Shown here piece by piece: positions 28,148-38,392 of a stretch of 47,837 bases of DNA. Positions within the stretch are counted from its first letter, which is position 1; every line of letters begins with the position of its first letter. The DNA comes from Flavobacteriales bacterium 32-35-8 (lineage in GTDB: Bacteria; Bacteroidota; Bacteroidia; Flavobacteriales; Flavobacteriaceae), in NCBI GenBank assembly GCA_002280395.1, contig NCDW01000002.1, positions 1 through 47,837 on the forward strand, given 5' to 3'. The translations under genes and the position numbers were made by a program. The notes beneath the pieces were generated by a model. The model had not been told where the DNA came from, searched no databases, and saw nothing but the letters and a program-made list of their open reading frames with translations.

Positions 28148-29872
28148 ATGAGTGAAGATAAAAAAAAATTAAGAAGTCAGGAGTGGTTCGGTGGTAATGA
28201 TAAAATGGGGTTTGTACACCGTTCCTGGTTAAGAAACCAAGGATATCCTAATGATTATTTTGAAGGTAAACCTGTAATTGGGATTTGCAATACTTGGTCA
28301 GATTTAACACCTTGTAACGGTCATTTACGTGACGTTGCCGAAGTTGTAAAACGCGGTATTTTGGAAGCGGGTGGGTTTCCTTTGGAATTTCCTGTGATGT
28401 CACTTGGCGAAACCATTATGAGACCAACCACGATGTTATTCCGTAATTTGGCGAGTATGGATACTGAGGAATCCATTAGGGCAAATCCTTTAGACGGTAT
28501 TGTGCTTTTAACGGGTTGTGATAAAACAACACCATCTACCGTTATGGGTGCTTGTAGTGTGGATTTACCAACGATTGTGGTGCCAGGTGGCCCCATGTTG
28601 AACGGCAGATTTAGAGGTGAAACCATTGGGTCTGGGTCTTTCAACTGGATGATTAAGGAAAAGCAAAAAACACAAGATTTTGATGCTGAAGCGATGCAAG
28701 AAGCCGAAATTTGTGCAGCTAGAAGTATAGGTCATTGTAACACGATGGGAACGGCTTCAACTATGGGAACGATGTGTGAAGCATTAGGCTTAACACTTCC
28801 TGGATTTTCATCCATTCCTGCGGCAGATTCCCGTAAAAAAGTGATGCAACAATTGTCAGGAAGACGTATTGTGGAAATGGTGAAAGAAGATTTAACCATG
28901 TCTAAAATCCTAACTAGAAAAGCATTCGAAAATGCCATTGTAACCAATGCGGCTGTTGGAGGTTCTACCAATTTAATCATTCACTTAATCGCCATCGCAC
29001 GTCGTATTGGTGTCGATTTAAAATTAGAAGATTTTGATAGTGTTGGTAGTCAAATCCCATTGTTGGTTAATTTGATGCCTTCAGGAAAATATTTAATGGA
29101 AGATTTCTTTTATGCCGGTGGCTTACCAGTGGTTATGAAAGAACTGGGCGATTTATTGCACCAAGACATCATCACGGCAAATGGAAAGACGTTCAGGGAA
29201 AATTACGCAAAAGCGATATGCTACAATGAAGAGGTTATTACCAAAATAGATAAACCCTTGCAAAAACATGCTGGTATAGCTGTTCTAAAAGGTAATTTAT
29301 GTGAAAATGGTGCGGTTATTAAGCCCTCGGCAGCTACAAAACGATTGATGAATCATACTGGTAAAGCGGTTGTTTTTGAAAGTATGGAAGATTATCACCA
29401 TCGCATTGATGATCCGAATTTAGAAATTGATGAAGATAGTGTTATCGTACTAAAAGGCGTAGGACCAAAAGGATATCCGGGGATGCCTGAGGTTGGTAAT
29501 GTTGATTTGCCTTCCAAATTGATAATGAAAGGAGTAAAGGATATGATTCGTATTTCTGACGGGCGTATGAGCGGAACAGCTTATGGAACGGTGGTACTTC
29601 ACGTATCTCCAGAATCAACTATTGGTGGCACATTGGCAATTGTTGAAAATGGTGATATGATTACCTTGGATGTTGAAAAGAGATTGTTGCAACTCAATAT
29701 TTCTGATGAAGAAATAGCGAAACGAAAAGCAGCATGGAAAGCGCCTGAGCCTATGGCAACAAGAGGTTATGTACGTATTTATTTGGATCATGTTGAGGGA
29801 GCCGAATTGGGAGCCGATTTAGATGTTCTTGTAGGCGGTTCGGGTTCTAAAGTGGATAGAGATTTGCATTAA
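28148..29872 (+). CDS. IlvD/Edd-family pentonate dehydratase (L-arabinonate/D-xylonate dehydratase-like)
   Basis: PCNGHL, RPTTMLFRNL, GCDKTTP, CNTMGTAS, GPKGYPGMPE and SDGRMSGT. Confidence 0.88.
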   Translation: MSEDKKKLRSQEWFGGNDKMGFVHRSWLRNQGYPNDYFEGKPVIGICNTWSDLTPCNGHLRDVAEVVKRGILEAGGFPLEFPVMSLGETIMRPTTMLFRNLASMDTEESIRANPLDGIVLLTGCDKTTPSTVMGACSVDLPTIVVPGGPMLNGRFRGETIGSGSFNWMIKEKQKTQDFDAEAMQEAEICAARSIGHCNTMGTASTMGTMCEALGLTLPGFSSIPAADSRKKVMQQLSGRRIVEMVKEDLTMSKILTRKAFENAIVTNAAVGGSTNLIIHLIAIARRIGVDLKLEDFDSVGSQIPLLVNLMPSGKYLMEDFFYAGGLPVVMKELGDLLHQDIITANGKTFRENYAKAICYNEEVITKIDKPLQKHAGIAVLKGNLCENGAVIKPSAATKRLMNHTGKAVVFESMEDYHHRIDDPNLEIDEDSVIVLKGVGPKGYPGMPEVGNVDLPSKLIMKGVKDMIRISDGRMSGTAYGTVVLHVSPESTIGGTLAIVENGDMITLDVEKRLLQLNISDEEIAKRKAAWKAPEPMATRGYVRIYLDHVEGAELGADLDVLVGGSGSKVDRDLH

Positions 29873-29915
29873 TTCGATATGTATAACCTACTAAACTAAA
29901 TAAAACCAACTAAAT

Positions 29916-31304
29916 GTGACTTATGGCAACCACGATGCCCTCAGCAAGTTGACGAAATCGGTTATCTATTTAATAATTAGTGTATTGCTAATTATTTTTC
30001 TTACATCTAAACTAAAAGTACACCCTTTTGTAGTGCTACTTTTAGTTGCTATTCTTTATGGAATTGTGTCTGGAATGCCCTTAAACCAAATTATAGATTC
30101 TGTTAATAAAGGGTTTGGTAATACGATGGGTGGCATTGGAATGATTATCATTCTTGGTGTAATTATTGGTGCTTTTTTAGAAAATTCCGGTGGCGCTTAT
30201 GCCTTGGCAGAAAAAGTATTAAAGTTTACTGGAGTCAATAAAATCCCTTTTGCTATGGCTATTATTGGATGGTTTGTGTCCATTCCCGTATTTGCAGATA
30301 GCGGATTTATGTTACTTTCTCCTTTAAATAAAAGTTTATCAAAAAAAGCAGGAATTTCGTTAGCGGGTTCTGCGATTGCTTTAGCCTTAGGTTTAACAGC
30401 AGCACACACCTTAGTGCCGCCAACACCTGGGCCTATAGCCGCCGCTCACTATTTGAAAGCCGATTTAGGACTGGTGATGTTATTTGGTATTTTTATTAGT
30501 TTGGGTGCCTTGGCAATCAGTCTTGTTTTTATCAAAAAATATGTTTCAAAAACGTATATAGACCCAAGTCCAGATGTATCTGAAGAAAAAATTTCAGAAT
30601 TATTAAAGTCGAAACCAAGTGCCCTTAAATCAGTTATTCCCATTTTTGTGCCGATTATTTTAATTGTTATTAAATCATTATTTACATCGGTTTTTGGTTA
30701 TAAAACAGAAGATTACGAGACATTTCCAGTATTCGTTAAGATTTTATCATTTTTAGGAGAGCCATTTATGGCATTATTAATCGGTGGTTTTTTATCATTA
30801 ACACTTCCAAAAAAATTAAGTTCAGATATGTTTTCAACAGATGGATGGATTGGTAAAGCATTAGTCGCTGCCTCTTCAATTTTGTTGATTACAGGTGCAG
30901 GTGGCATTTTTGGTCAAGTATTACGCGATTCAGGAATTGCAATTACTTTAGGGGAAACATTATCAAACGTGCATATTAGTATTTGGCTGCCTTTTTTATT
31001 GGCTGCCGCCATAAAAACAGCCCAAGGCTCATCTACAGTCGCATTGGTAACAACAGCTTCCATTTTAGCACCTATGATGGCGACCTTAGGGTTTGAAACC
31101 GAATTGCAAAAAGCCATGGTGGTTATTGCAATTGGCGCAGGATCGACAGTCGTTTCACATGCCAACGACAGTTTCTTTTGGGTTGTTACCCAATTATCAG
31201 GCATGGATGTAAAAATGGGTTACCGTTTTCATACATTGGGAACAGCCATTTTAGGAACATCAGCAGCAATTTTATTATTTTTAACATACTTAATATTAAC
31301 TTAA
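29916..31304 (+). CDS. GntP-family sugar-acid permease
   Basis: KLKVHPF, IPVFADSGF, LVPPTPGP, AQGSSTVA and SHANDSFFWV. The 5' end is atypical (see findings). Confidence 0.9.
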   Translation: MTYGNHDALSKLTKSVIYLIISVLLIIFLTSKLKVHPFVVLLLVAILYGIVSGMPLNQIIDSVNKGFGNTMGGIGMIIILGVIIGAFLENSGGAYALAEKVLKFTGVNKIPFAMAIIGWFVSIPVFADSGFMLLSPLNKSLSKKAGISLAGSAIALALGLTAAHTLVPPTPGPIAAAHYLKADLGLVMLFGIFISLGALAISLVFIKKYVSKTYIDPSPDVSEEKISELLKSKPSALKSVIPIFVPIILIVIKSLFTSVFGYKTEDYETFPVFVKILSFLGEPFMALLIGGFLSLTLPKKLSSDMFSTDGWIGKALVAASSILLITGAGGIFGQVLRDSGIAITLGETLSNVHISIWLPFLLAAAIKTAQGSSTVALVTTASILAPMMATLGFETELQKAMVVIAIGAGSTVVSHANDSFFWVVTQLSGMDVKMGYRFHTLGTAILGTSAAILLFLTYLILT

Positions 31305-32138
31305 ATGAAAATTTACAACACATCAAAAGGGATCTTAGTTCAATCCGACAAATCATTTTACTTAGTAAATGAAAATTGGGATGATTTTTTTAACAATGAC
31401 AATTTATATGATAAAGCGCAAGATATTGTTAAAAAAGGAACACCAATTAACAACGCACAAGATATCTTAGCAAATGACTTGTTGGTGCCAATGAATAGCC
31501 AAGAATTATGGGCAAGTGGCGTTACTTACTATAACAGTAAATTAGGAAGACAAGAAGAGAGCAAAGGTGCTGGTGGCGGTGATTATTATGAGCGCGTTTA
31601 CAGTGCTGACAGACCTGAATTGTTTTTTAAAGCAACCGTAAACAGAGCTGTGCCATCAGGTGGAAAAGTAAATATTAGAAAAGATTCTACTTGGGATGTG
31701 CCAGAACCAGAGTTAACATTGGCCATTACATCTTCTGGAAAAATAATTGGTTATACTATTGGTAACGATATGAGTTCTAGAAGTATAGAGGGTGAAAATC
31801 CTTTATACCTTCCACAAGCTAAAACATTTGATGCGTGTGCTGGTTTAGGGCCCTGTGTGTTTTTAACAAAAGAAGCCCTTCCAACGGATACTAAAATTGC
31901 CATGAAAATCCTTAGAAAAGGAGAAGTGGTTTTTGAAGATAGCATTGAAATCAATAAAATCATACGCAAGTTCGAAGATTTAGTGTCTTACTTATACAAA
32001 GAATGTTCTTTTGCTCACGGAAGTTTTTTAATGACGGGAACAGGTATTGTACCAACAACGGCATTTACATTACAAAGCGCTGATGAAATTCAAATCACCA
32101 TCGATCATATTGGTACTTTAATCAATTATGTGAGATGA
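31305..32138 (+). CDS. FAH-family 2-keto-3-deoxypentonate dehydratase (XylX/KdaD-like)
   Basis: [21 protein letters not shown] and [21 protein letters not shown]. Confidence 0.85.
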   Translation: MKIYNTSKGILVQSDKSFYLVNENWDDFFNNDNLYDKAQDIVKKGTPINNAQDILANDLLVPMNSQELWASGVTYYNSKLGRQEESKGAGGGDYYERVYSADRPELFFKATVNRAVPSGGKVNIRKDSTWDVPEPELTLAITSSGKIIGYTIGNDMSSRSIEGENPLYLPQAKTFDACAGLGPCVFLTKEALPTDTKIAMKILRKGEVVFEDSIEINKIIRKFEDLVSYLYKECSFAHGSFLMTGTGIVPTTAFTLQSADEIQITIDHIGTLINYVR

Positions 32139-33010
32139 AACCCATAAAAACTGTATTTGTTTTTTTGCTCCTGACTCTAAACATGGGTTTCGGACAAGAA
32201 ACGGAATACAGTTTTAGTGAAGATTCAAAACGACACGATGGTGTTCCGAAAGGCATGGTAACAAAACATGTCTGGAAGAGCACCATTTTTGATGGGACCA
32301 TTAGGGAATATTATGTGTACGTTCCTGTGCAATATAATCCTAACGAAGCCGCTGCTTTAATGGTTTTTCAAGATGGTCATGCTTATATGAATGAAGCAGG
32401 TGATTTTAGAGTGCCCATTGTGTTTGATAATCTCATCCACAAAAAAGACATGCCAGTGACTATTGGGTTGTTTATTAATCCTGGTCATAAAAGTTCAGAA
32501 TTACCCGAAAACCCTTTTAGGGCGAGTAACCGAAGTATTGAATATGATAGTTTAAACGATGCTTATGTACGGTTCCTTATAGAAGAATTAATACCAGAAC
32601 TAAGTAAAACATACAATATATCCACCAATCCGCAAATGAAAGCCATTTGTGGATTGTCTTCTGGAGGCATTTGCGCCTTTACAGCAGCATGGGAACGTCC
32701 CAATTATTTTAGTAAGGTCATGAGCCATTTTGGAAGTTTTACGAATATTCGTGGCGGCCATAATTATGAAGCCATGATACGAAAGACTCCTAAAAAAAAT
32801 ATCAAGGTATATCTACAGGATGGCTCCAACGATTTAAATAATGAACATGGAAATTGGTGGCTTGCCAACCAGCAAATGGCATCCTCGTTAAAGTATAAAT
32901 CTTATGATTATATTTTTGTAACGGGAACAGGAGCCCATGATGGAAAACATGGGGGAAGCGTACTTCCTGATGCCTTAAAATGGTTGTGGTCTGATTTTAA
33001 GTCGAAATAG
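32135..33010 (+). CDS. Exported alpha/beta-hydrolase esterase (Fes/enterochelin-esterase-like)
   Basis: Signal peptide, MVFQDG, NRSIEYD, GLSSGG nucleophile elbow. Confidence 0.8.
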   Translation: MKPIKTVFVFLLLTLNMGFGQETEYSFSEDSKRHDGVPKGMVTKHVWKSTIFDGTIREYYVYVPVQYNPNEAAALMVFQDGHAYMNEAGDFRVPIVFDNLIHKKDMPVTIGLFINPGHKSSELPENPFRASNRSIEYDSLNDAYVRFLIEELIPELSKTYNISTNPQMKAICGLSSGGICAFTAAWERPNYFSKVMSHFGSFTNIRGGHNYEAMIRKTPKKNIKVYLQDGSNDLNNEHGNWWLANQQMASSLKYKSYDYIFVTGTGAHDGKHGGSVLPDALKWLWSDFKSK

Positions 33011-33031
33011 AAATCATAAAAAATTCACAGA

Positions 33032-34612
33032 ATGACATTAACAGGAAAAAATTATATAGGAGGATTAGTTTCATCAAAAGGAGGAACTACATTTAAAGGT
33101 ATAAACCCTTCTGATGGATCTGAATTACCAACAACATTTTATGAAGCAACTACAGATGAGGTGAATGAAGCAGCGTCAAAAGCTCATGAAGCATTCGCGA
33201 TTTATCGAAAAAAAAGCGGAAAAGAAAAGGCATTATTTTTAGATACGATTGCGGATGAAATTTTAAATCTAAGAGACGTTTTGATAGAACGTTGTTGCGC
33301 AGAAACTGGTTTGCCTTCAGGTAGAATTGTCAGTGAACGTGCCAGAACCATGGGGCAATTGCAATTATTTGCCACGGTTTTGCGCGAAGGTTCTTGGGTC
33401 GACGCTAGAATAGATACGGCTCTACCAGATAGGGAACCATTTCCAAGATCTGATTTTCGGTATATGCAAAAACCTTTAGGGGCTGTCGGTGTATTTGGGG
33501 CTAGTAATTTTCCGTTGGCATTTTCGGTTGCAGGAGGAGATACTGCTTCAGCTTTAGCTAGCGGATGTCCTGTGGTTGTAAAAGGACATCCTTCACACCC
33601 GGGAACGTCTGAGTTGGTAGCTATGGCAATTAATAAGGCCGCTGAAAAAACCAATATGCCTAAAGGCGTTTTCTCCATGGTTCATGGTGCTTCGGTTGAA
33701 GTGGGTATGGCCATAGTGATGCATCCACATATTAAAGCTATCGGATTTACGGGATCTACCAGAGGCGGCATGGCTATTTTTAATGCCGCCAATACACGTG
33801 AAGAGCCAATTCCGGTATATTCTGAAATGGGGAGTACCAATCCCGTTTTTATTTTACCTGAAGCATTAAAAGAGCGTTCTGAAGAGATTGCTAAAGAATT
33901 AACGGATTCTGTAACCCTTGGGGCTGGACAATTTTGTACAAACCCTGGCTTGGTTTTTTTGAATAATGATGAAAACTTACAAAACTTTCAGAAGCAGACG
34001 GCTAAACACTTTGAAGAAACAGAAGCAAAAGCCATGTTGAATAAAGGGATTAAATCGGCATTCGATAATGGTATAGAGCATTTGGCTAGTAATAAACTTG
34101 AAGTGAAATTATTAGCTAAGGGTAAATCAAGTATAGAAGGATTTAAAGGTAGTGCCCATTTATTTGAGACCACGGCTAAAAGTTTTATTCTAAGAGATTA
34201 TTTAGAAGAAGAAAACTTTGGGCCATCAACAATTAGCGTGATTGCAGACTCTAAAGAAGAATTATTGGCTGCGGCAAAAAAAATGAAAGGTCATTTAACG
34301 GCAACACTTTTTGGAACTGAAAATGATTTAAATAATTATACCGATTTAATTGAAATATTGGAACAAAAAGTTGGAAGGTTGGTAATTAATAACTTTCCTA
34401 CTGGTGTAGAAGTGTGTCATGCTATGGTGCATGGAGGGCCTTTTCCAGCGACTTCAAACAGTCGGTCAACATCCGTCGGGACTGCTGCTATATATCGTTT
34501 TACACGCCCGGTGTGTTATCAAAATTTTCCTGAACATTTATTGCCAGAGGAATTGAAAACCGATAATCCTTTGGGAATTATGAGGTTATTTAATGGAGAT
34601 TATAAACGATAG
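33032..34612 (+). CDS. NADP-dependent aldehyde dehydrogenase, alpha-ketoglutarate semialdehyde dehydrogenase-like
   Basis: FGASNFPLAFSVAGGDTASAL, EMGSTNP, GQFCTNPG and PTGVEVCHAMVHGGPFPA. Confidence 0.88.
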   Translation: MTLTGKNYIGGLVSSKGGTTFKGINPSDGSELPTTFYEATTDEVNEAASKAHEAFAIYRKKSGKEKALFLDTIADEILNLRDVLIERCCAETGLPSGRIVSERARTMGQLQLFATVLREGSWVDARIDTALPDREPFPRSDFRYMQKPLGAVGVFGASNFPLAFSVAGGDTASALASGCPVVVKGHPSHPGTSELVAMAINKAAEKTNMPKGVFSMVHGASVEVGMAIVMHPHIKAIGFTGSTRGGMAIFNAANTREEPIPVYSEMGSTNPVFILPEALKERSEEIAKELTDSVTLGAGQFCTNPGLVFLNNDENLQNFQKQTAKHFEETEAKAMLNKGIKSAFDNGIEHLASNKLEVKLLAKGKSSIEGFKGSAHLFETTAKSFILRDYLEEENFGPSTISVIADSKEELLAAAKKMKGHLTATLFGTENDLNNYTDLIEILEQKVGRLVINNFPTGVEVCHAMVHGGPFPATSNSRSTSVGTAAIYRFTRPVCYQNFPEHLLPEELKTDNPLGIMRLFNGDYKR

Positions 34613-34791
34613 AATAAAATTAAGTAAAGTATAAAGAATTCTAAATATATCTAGATTCATTTAAAACATAATTCCTCGTTGGATTATTTGATTAATTTAG
34701 GACTTTATATTAGTTGTGGATTTAGTTCGAAACAATTCAGAAAATGGTTGATTCATTCAACCAATCAGTGAAATTAAAATAGTAGTTATTT

Positions 34792-35805
34792 ATGAAATAT
34801 ATTGTTTGTGAAGAACCAAACAAATTTGCTTTAAAAGAAAAGGAAATCCCTGTAAAAGAAGATAATCAGGCACTGATAAAAATACACAGGGTTGGCATTT
34901 GCGGCACTGATTTGCATGCCTATTCCGGTAACCAAGCATTTTTTACGTATCCGAGAATATTGGGGCATGAATTGGCAGGTGAAATATTGGAAATTGGCGC
35001 AAATCCTAAAAACTTAAAAGTAGGCGATAGCGTTATTGTGATGCCGTATGTAAGTTGCGGAACCTGTGCTGCCTGTAGAAATGGAAAAACAAATTGTTGT
35101 ACCAACATTCGAGTTTTAGGCGTGCATACCGATGGTGGCATGCAAGAGAAAATAGCTGTTAGAACCGATTTGTTAATTCTTGCCAATCATCTTTCTTATG
35201 AAGAAATGGCAATAGTTGAACCATTGGCAATTGGTGCGCATGCCATAAGAAGGGCGAATATCCTCAAAGGAGAAACCATTGTGGTTATTGGTTGTGGCCC
35301 AATTGGTATTGGTTTGATGAAATTAGCCCAGATTAAAGGCGCGGAAGTTATTGCTTTAGATGTAGATGAAGCTAGATTGGAGTTTGTTAAAAATGAAATT
35401 GGGGTTAAACATACCGTCAAGGTTTCAGAAACGGCAGTTGAAGAAGTTTCTAAAATTACTAATGGCGATTTAGCCGCAGCAGTTTTTGATGCCACAGGAA
35501 ATAAAAGAGCGTTGGAAGGCGGTATTAGTTACATGTCTCATGGCGGAAGATATGTTTTGGTCGGTTTGTCAAAAGGTGAATTAACCTTTAGTCATCCAGC
35601 AATCCATGCCAAAGAATCTACCATTATGTGCAGTAGAAATGCGACTTTAGAGGATTTTGAATTTGTAATAAACAATCTTGATAAATTTCCAACGAAAGCA
35701 TTTGTAACGCATCAGGTTAGTTTTACCGATATGATTGCCAACTTCGATTCTTGGTTAGATCCAAAAACCAAAGTCATCAAAGCTATGGTGAATTTTAATA
35801 GTTAG
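34792..35805 (+). CDS. Zinc-binding dehydrogenase (L-galactonate 5-dehydrogenase/YjjN-like)
   Basis: GICGTDLH, YPRILGHE, C..C..C....NCC, GCGPIG and SRNAT. Confidence 0.8.
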   Translation: MKYIVCEEPNKFALKEKEIPVKEDNQALIKIHRVGICGTDLHAYSGNQAFFTYPRILGHELAGEILEIGANPKNLKVGDSVIVMPYVSCGTCAACRNGKTNCCTNIRVLGVHTDGGMQEKIAVRTDLLILANHLSYEEMAIVEPLAIGAHAIRRANILKGETIVVIGCGPIGIGLMKLAQIKGAEVIALDVDEARLEFVKNEIGVKHTVKVSETAVEEVSKITNGDLAAAVFDATGNKRALEGGISYMSHGGRYVLVGLSKGELTFSHPAIHAKESTIMCSRNATLEDFEFVINNLDKFPTKAFVTHQVSFTDMIANFDSWLDPKTKVIKAMVNFNS

Positions 35806-35851
35806 TAAAAATGTATATTGTACAACTGATTTTAGATATTGACTTTTTAAA

Positions 35852-36625
35852 ATGAAGTTTAGCCTTAAAAATAAAGTAGCCATTGTTACTGGTGGTGGCA
35901 GTGGTATAGGTAAAGCCATTTCAAAAACTTTGGCAGAGCAAGGTGCGCATGTCCATATTTTAGAATTGAATGCCGATAATGGGAAAATCACTAAAGAAGA
36001 GATTGAAAGTGATGGTGGTTCGGCAGAAATTCATGCGTGCAATGTCGCCAATCAAGAAGATGTCAGCAATGTCATCAACAAAATTTCCGAAAAGCACATC
36101 ATCAATATTTTAATTAATAGTGCTGGGGTTGCCCATATTGGAAATATAGAAAAAACATCGGAAGCCGATTTTGATAAGGTTTATAGTGTGAATGTAAAAG
36201 GTGTTTATAACTGTATTTTTAGTGCAATTCCACACATGAAAAAAAATGGTGGTGTTATCATCAACATGGCATCGGTTGCTGGTTCTGTGGCGGTTTCGGA
36301 TAGGTTTGCCTATTCCATGTCTAAAGGCGCGACGCTTACCATGACCTATTCCGTAGCAAAAGATTATATTGGTTATGGTATAAGATGCAATTCTATTTCC
36401 CCAGCAAGAATCCATACGCCTTTTGTGGATGGGTTTTTAAAGAATAATTATCCAGGTAAGGAAGAAGAGATGTTTGAAAAACTATCAAAAGCACAACCTA
36501 TTGGGCGTATGGGCGTTCCGCAGGAAGTAGCAGATTTGGCTTTATATTTATGTTCAGACGAAGCCTCTTTTATCACAGGAAATGATTTCCCAATTGATGG
36601 CGGATTTATAAAATTAAACGGATAA
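35852..36625 (+). CDS. SDR oxidoreductase (2-keto-3-deoxy-L-fuconate dehydrogenase-like)
   Basis: TGGGSGIG, RFAYSMSKGA, IRCNSISPARIHTPFV and QPIGRMG. Confidence 0.8.
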   Translation: MKFSLKNKVAIVTGGGSGIGKAISKTLAEQGAHVHILELNADNGKITKEEIESDGGSAEIHACNVANQEDVSNVINKISEKHIINILINSAGVAHIGNIEKTSEADFDKVYSVNVKGVYNCIFSAIPHMKKNGGVIINMASVAGSVAVSDRFAYSMSKGATLTMTYSVAKDYIGYGIRCNSISPARIHTPFVDGFLKNNYPGKEEEMFEKLSKAQPIGRMGVPQEVADLALYLCSDEASFITGNDFPIDGGFIKLNG

Positions 36626-36631
36626 ACAGAG

Positions 36632-36699
36632 TTACGATTTTAGATTTACGAATCACGAAAAACAAATAAACAGATAAACGAATCAACGAATAAACAATT
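36632..36699 (+). repeat. Degenerate tandem 7-mers (x4) then 8-mers (x5)
   Basis: TTACGAT TTTAGAT TTACGAA TCACGAA, then AAACAAAT AAACAGAT AAACGAAT CAACGAAT AAACAATT. Confidence 0.6.
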
Positions 36700-36703
36700 A
36701 AAA

Positions 36704-37564
36704 ATGAAACTAATACGATTTGGAGAGGTTGGTAAAGAAAAACCAGGCATTCAGTTAGTAAACGACATTAAAATAGATGTCTCCCAATTTGGAGAAGATT
36801 ATAATGAGACTTTTTTTGAAACCAATGGCATTCAAAGATTACGAAGTTGGCTGAAAGATAATGAATCAAAATGTCCGATAATTTCTGAGGATGTTCGTTT
36901 GGGTTCGCCAGTTTGTCGGCCATCAAAACTGCTTTGCATCGGTTTAAATTATGCAAAACATGCTGCCGAAGCGGGTATGAAAATTCCAAGTGAACCCGTA
37001 TTGTTTTTCAAATCCACTACAGCAATCATTGGTCCTTATGATGATGTGATAATCCCAAAAGGAAGTGAAAAAACGGATTGGGAAGTTGAGTTGGCAGTCG
37101 TTATTGGCAAAAAAGCCTCCTATATTTCAAAAGATGAGGTGATAGATCATATTGCTGGATATGTCTTGCACAACGATATTAGTGAGCGTGCTTTTCAAAT
37201 TGAAAGGGAAGGGCAATGGTGTAAAGGGAAAGGATGCGATACATTTGCGCCCCTCGGACCATTTTTTGCAACAACGGACGAAATAAAAGACCCCAATAAC
37301 TTGAATCTGTGGTTAAAACTAAACGGCAAAACCATGCAAGATAGCTCGACATCCGATTTTATATTTAATGTTCAAGAATCCATTAGTTATATCAGTCAGT
37401 TTATGACTTTATTGCCGGGCGATGTTATTTCAACAGGTACACCATTCGGAGTCGGATTGGGTTTAAATCCACAATTGTTTTTAAAACCGGGCGATGTTAT
37501 GGAATTGGGCATTGAAGGTTTGGGGGTGTCAAAACAAACGGTAAAAGCTTACTCAGGAAAATGA
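36704..37564 (+). CDS. FAH-family hydrolase (2,4-diketo-3-deoxy-L-fuconate hydrolase-like)
   Basis: CIGLNY..H, DWEVELAVVIG, NDISER, KGKGCDTF and STGTPFGVG. Confidence 0.85.
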   Translation: MKLIRFGEVGKEKPGIQLVNDIKIDVSQFGEDYNETFFETNGIQRLRSWLKDNESKCPIISEDVRLGSPVCRPSKLLCIGLNYAKHAAEAGMKIPSEPVLFFKSTTAIIGPYDDVIIPKGSEKTDWEVELAVVIGKKASYISKDEVIDHIAGYVLHNDISERAFQIEREGQWCKGKGCDTFAPLGPFFATTDEIKDPNNLNLWLKLNGKTMQDSSTSDFIFNVQESISYISQFMTLLPGDVISTGTPFGVGLGLNPQLFLKPGDVMELGIEGLGVSKQTVKAYSGK

Positions 37565-38388
37565 TTATAGACAGTCACCAACATTTTTGGCATTACGAAC
37601 CTGTAAAACATGCATGGATAGATGATGATATGGCTGTGATTCGGAAGGATTTCATGCCATCGGATTTAGAAGTCATTTATAAAGAACATGGCGTTAATGG
37701 TTGCGTGGCCGTTCAAGCCGATCAAACGCTTGCTGAAACGGATTTCCTTTTGAAATTAGCCTCAGAACACGATTTTATTAAAGGCGTTGTAGGTTGGGTA
37801 GATTTACGAAACAGCACTATTGAAAGCACTTTGGAAGTCTATTCGCAACATACAAAACTTAAAGGATTTCGACATGTGGTGCAAGGTGAAGCCGATCCTA
37901 ATTTTTTGCTTCGCCCGCAATTTTTAATAGGGATGTCCTTGTTGAAAAAATTTAATTTCACCTACGATATATTGATTTTTCCACACCAACTAGGCGCCAC
38001 TTTAGAGTTTGTAAAGCAATTTCCGAATCAGAAATTTGTGATAGATCACATTGCAAAACCCTATATAAAGGATGGCTTTTATGATGGTTGGGCGGCTTTA
38101 ATGAAGGAAGTTGCCAAGTATGAACATGTCACATGCAAGCTTTCTGGAATGATTACGGAAGCCGATTATAAGCTATGGACGCCAGAACAAATCAAACCTT
38201 ATATGGAATTGGTTTTAGAAGCTTTTGGTCCTGAGCGTTTGTTATTTGGCTCCGATTGGCCTGTATGTTTGGTCGCAGGAAATTATTCAAAAGTCAAAAA
38301 ATTGGTAACGGATTTTATATCCACATTAAGCTCCAATGAACAGGCAAAAATCATGGGAACGAACGCCATAAATTTTTATAATCTTTAA
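37561..38388 (+). CDS. Amidohydrolase-family L-fuconolactonase-like protein
   Basis: IIDSHQHFW, VAVQA, VIDHIAKP, CKLSG and FGSDWPVC. Confidence 0.87.
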   Translation: MIIDSHQHFWHYEPVKHAWIDDDMAVIRKDFMPSDLEVIYKEHGVNGCVAVQADQTLAETDFLLKLASEHDFIKGVVGWVDLRNSTIESTLEVYSQHTKLKGFRHVVQGEADPNFLLRPQFLIGMSLLKKFNFTYDILIFPHQLGATLEFVKQFPNQKFVIDHIAKPYIKDGFYDGWAALMKEVAKYEHVTCKLSGMITEADYKLWTPEQIKPYMELVLEAFGPERLLFGSDWPVCLVAGNYSKVKKLVTDFISTLSSNEQAKIMGTNAINFYNL

Positions 38389-38392
38389 CGAT

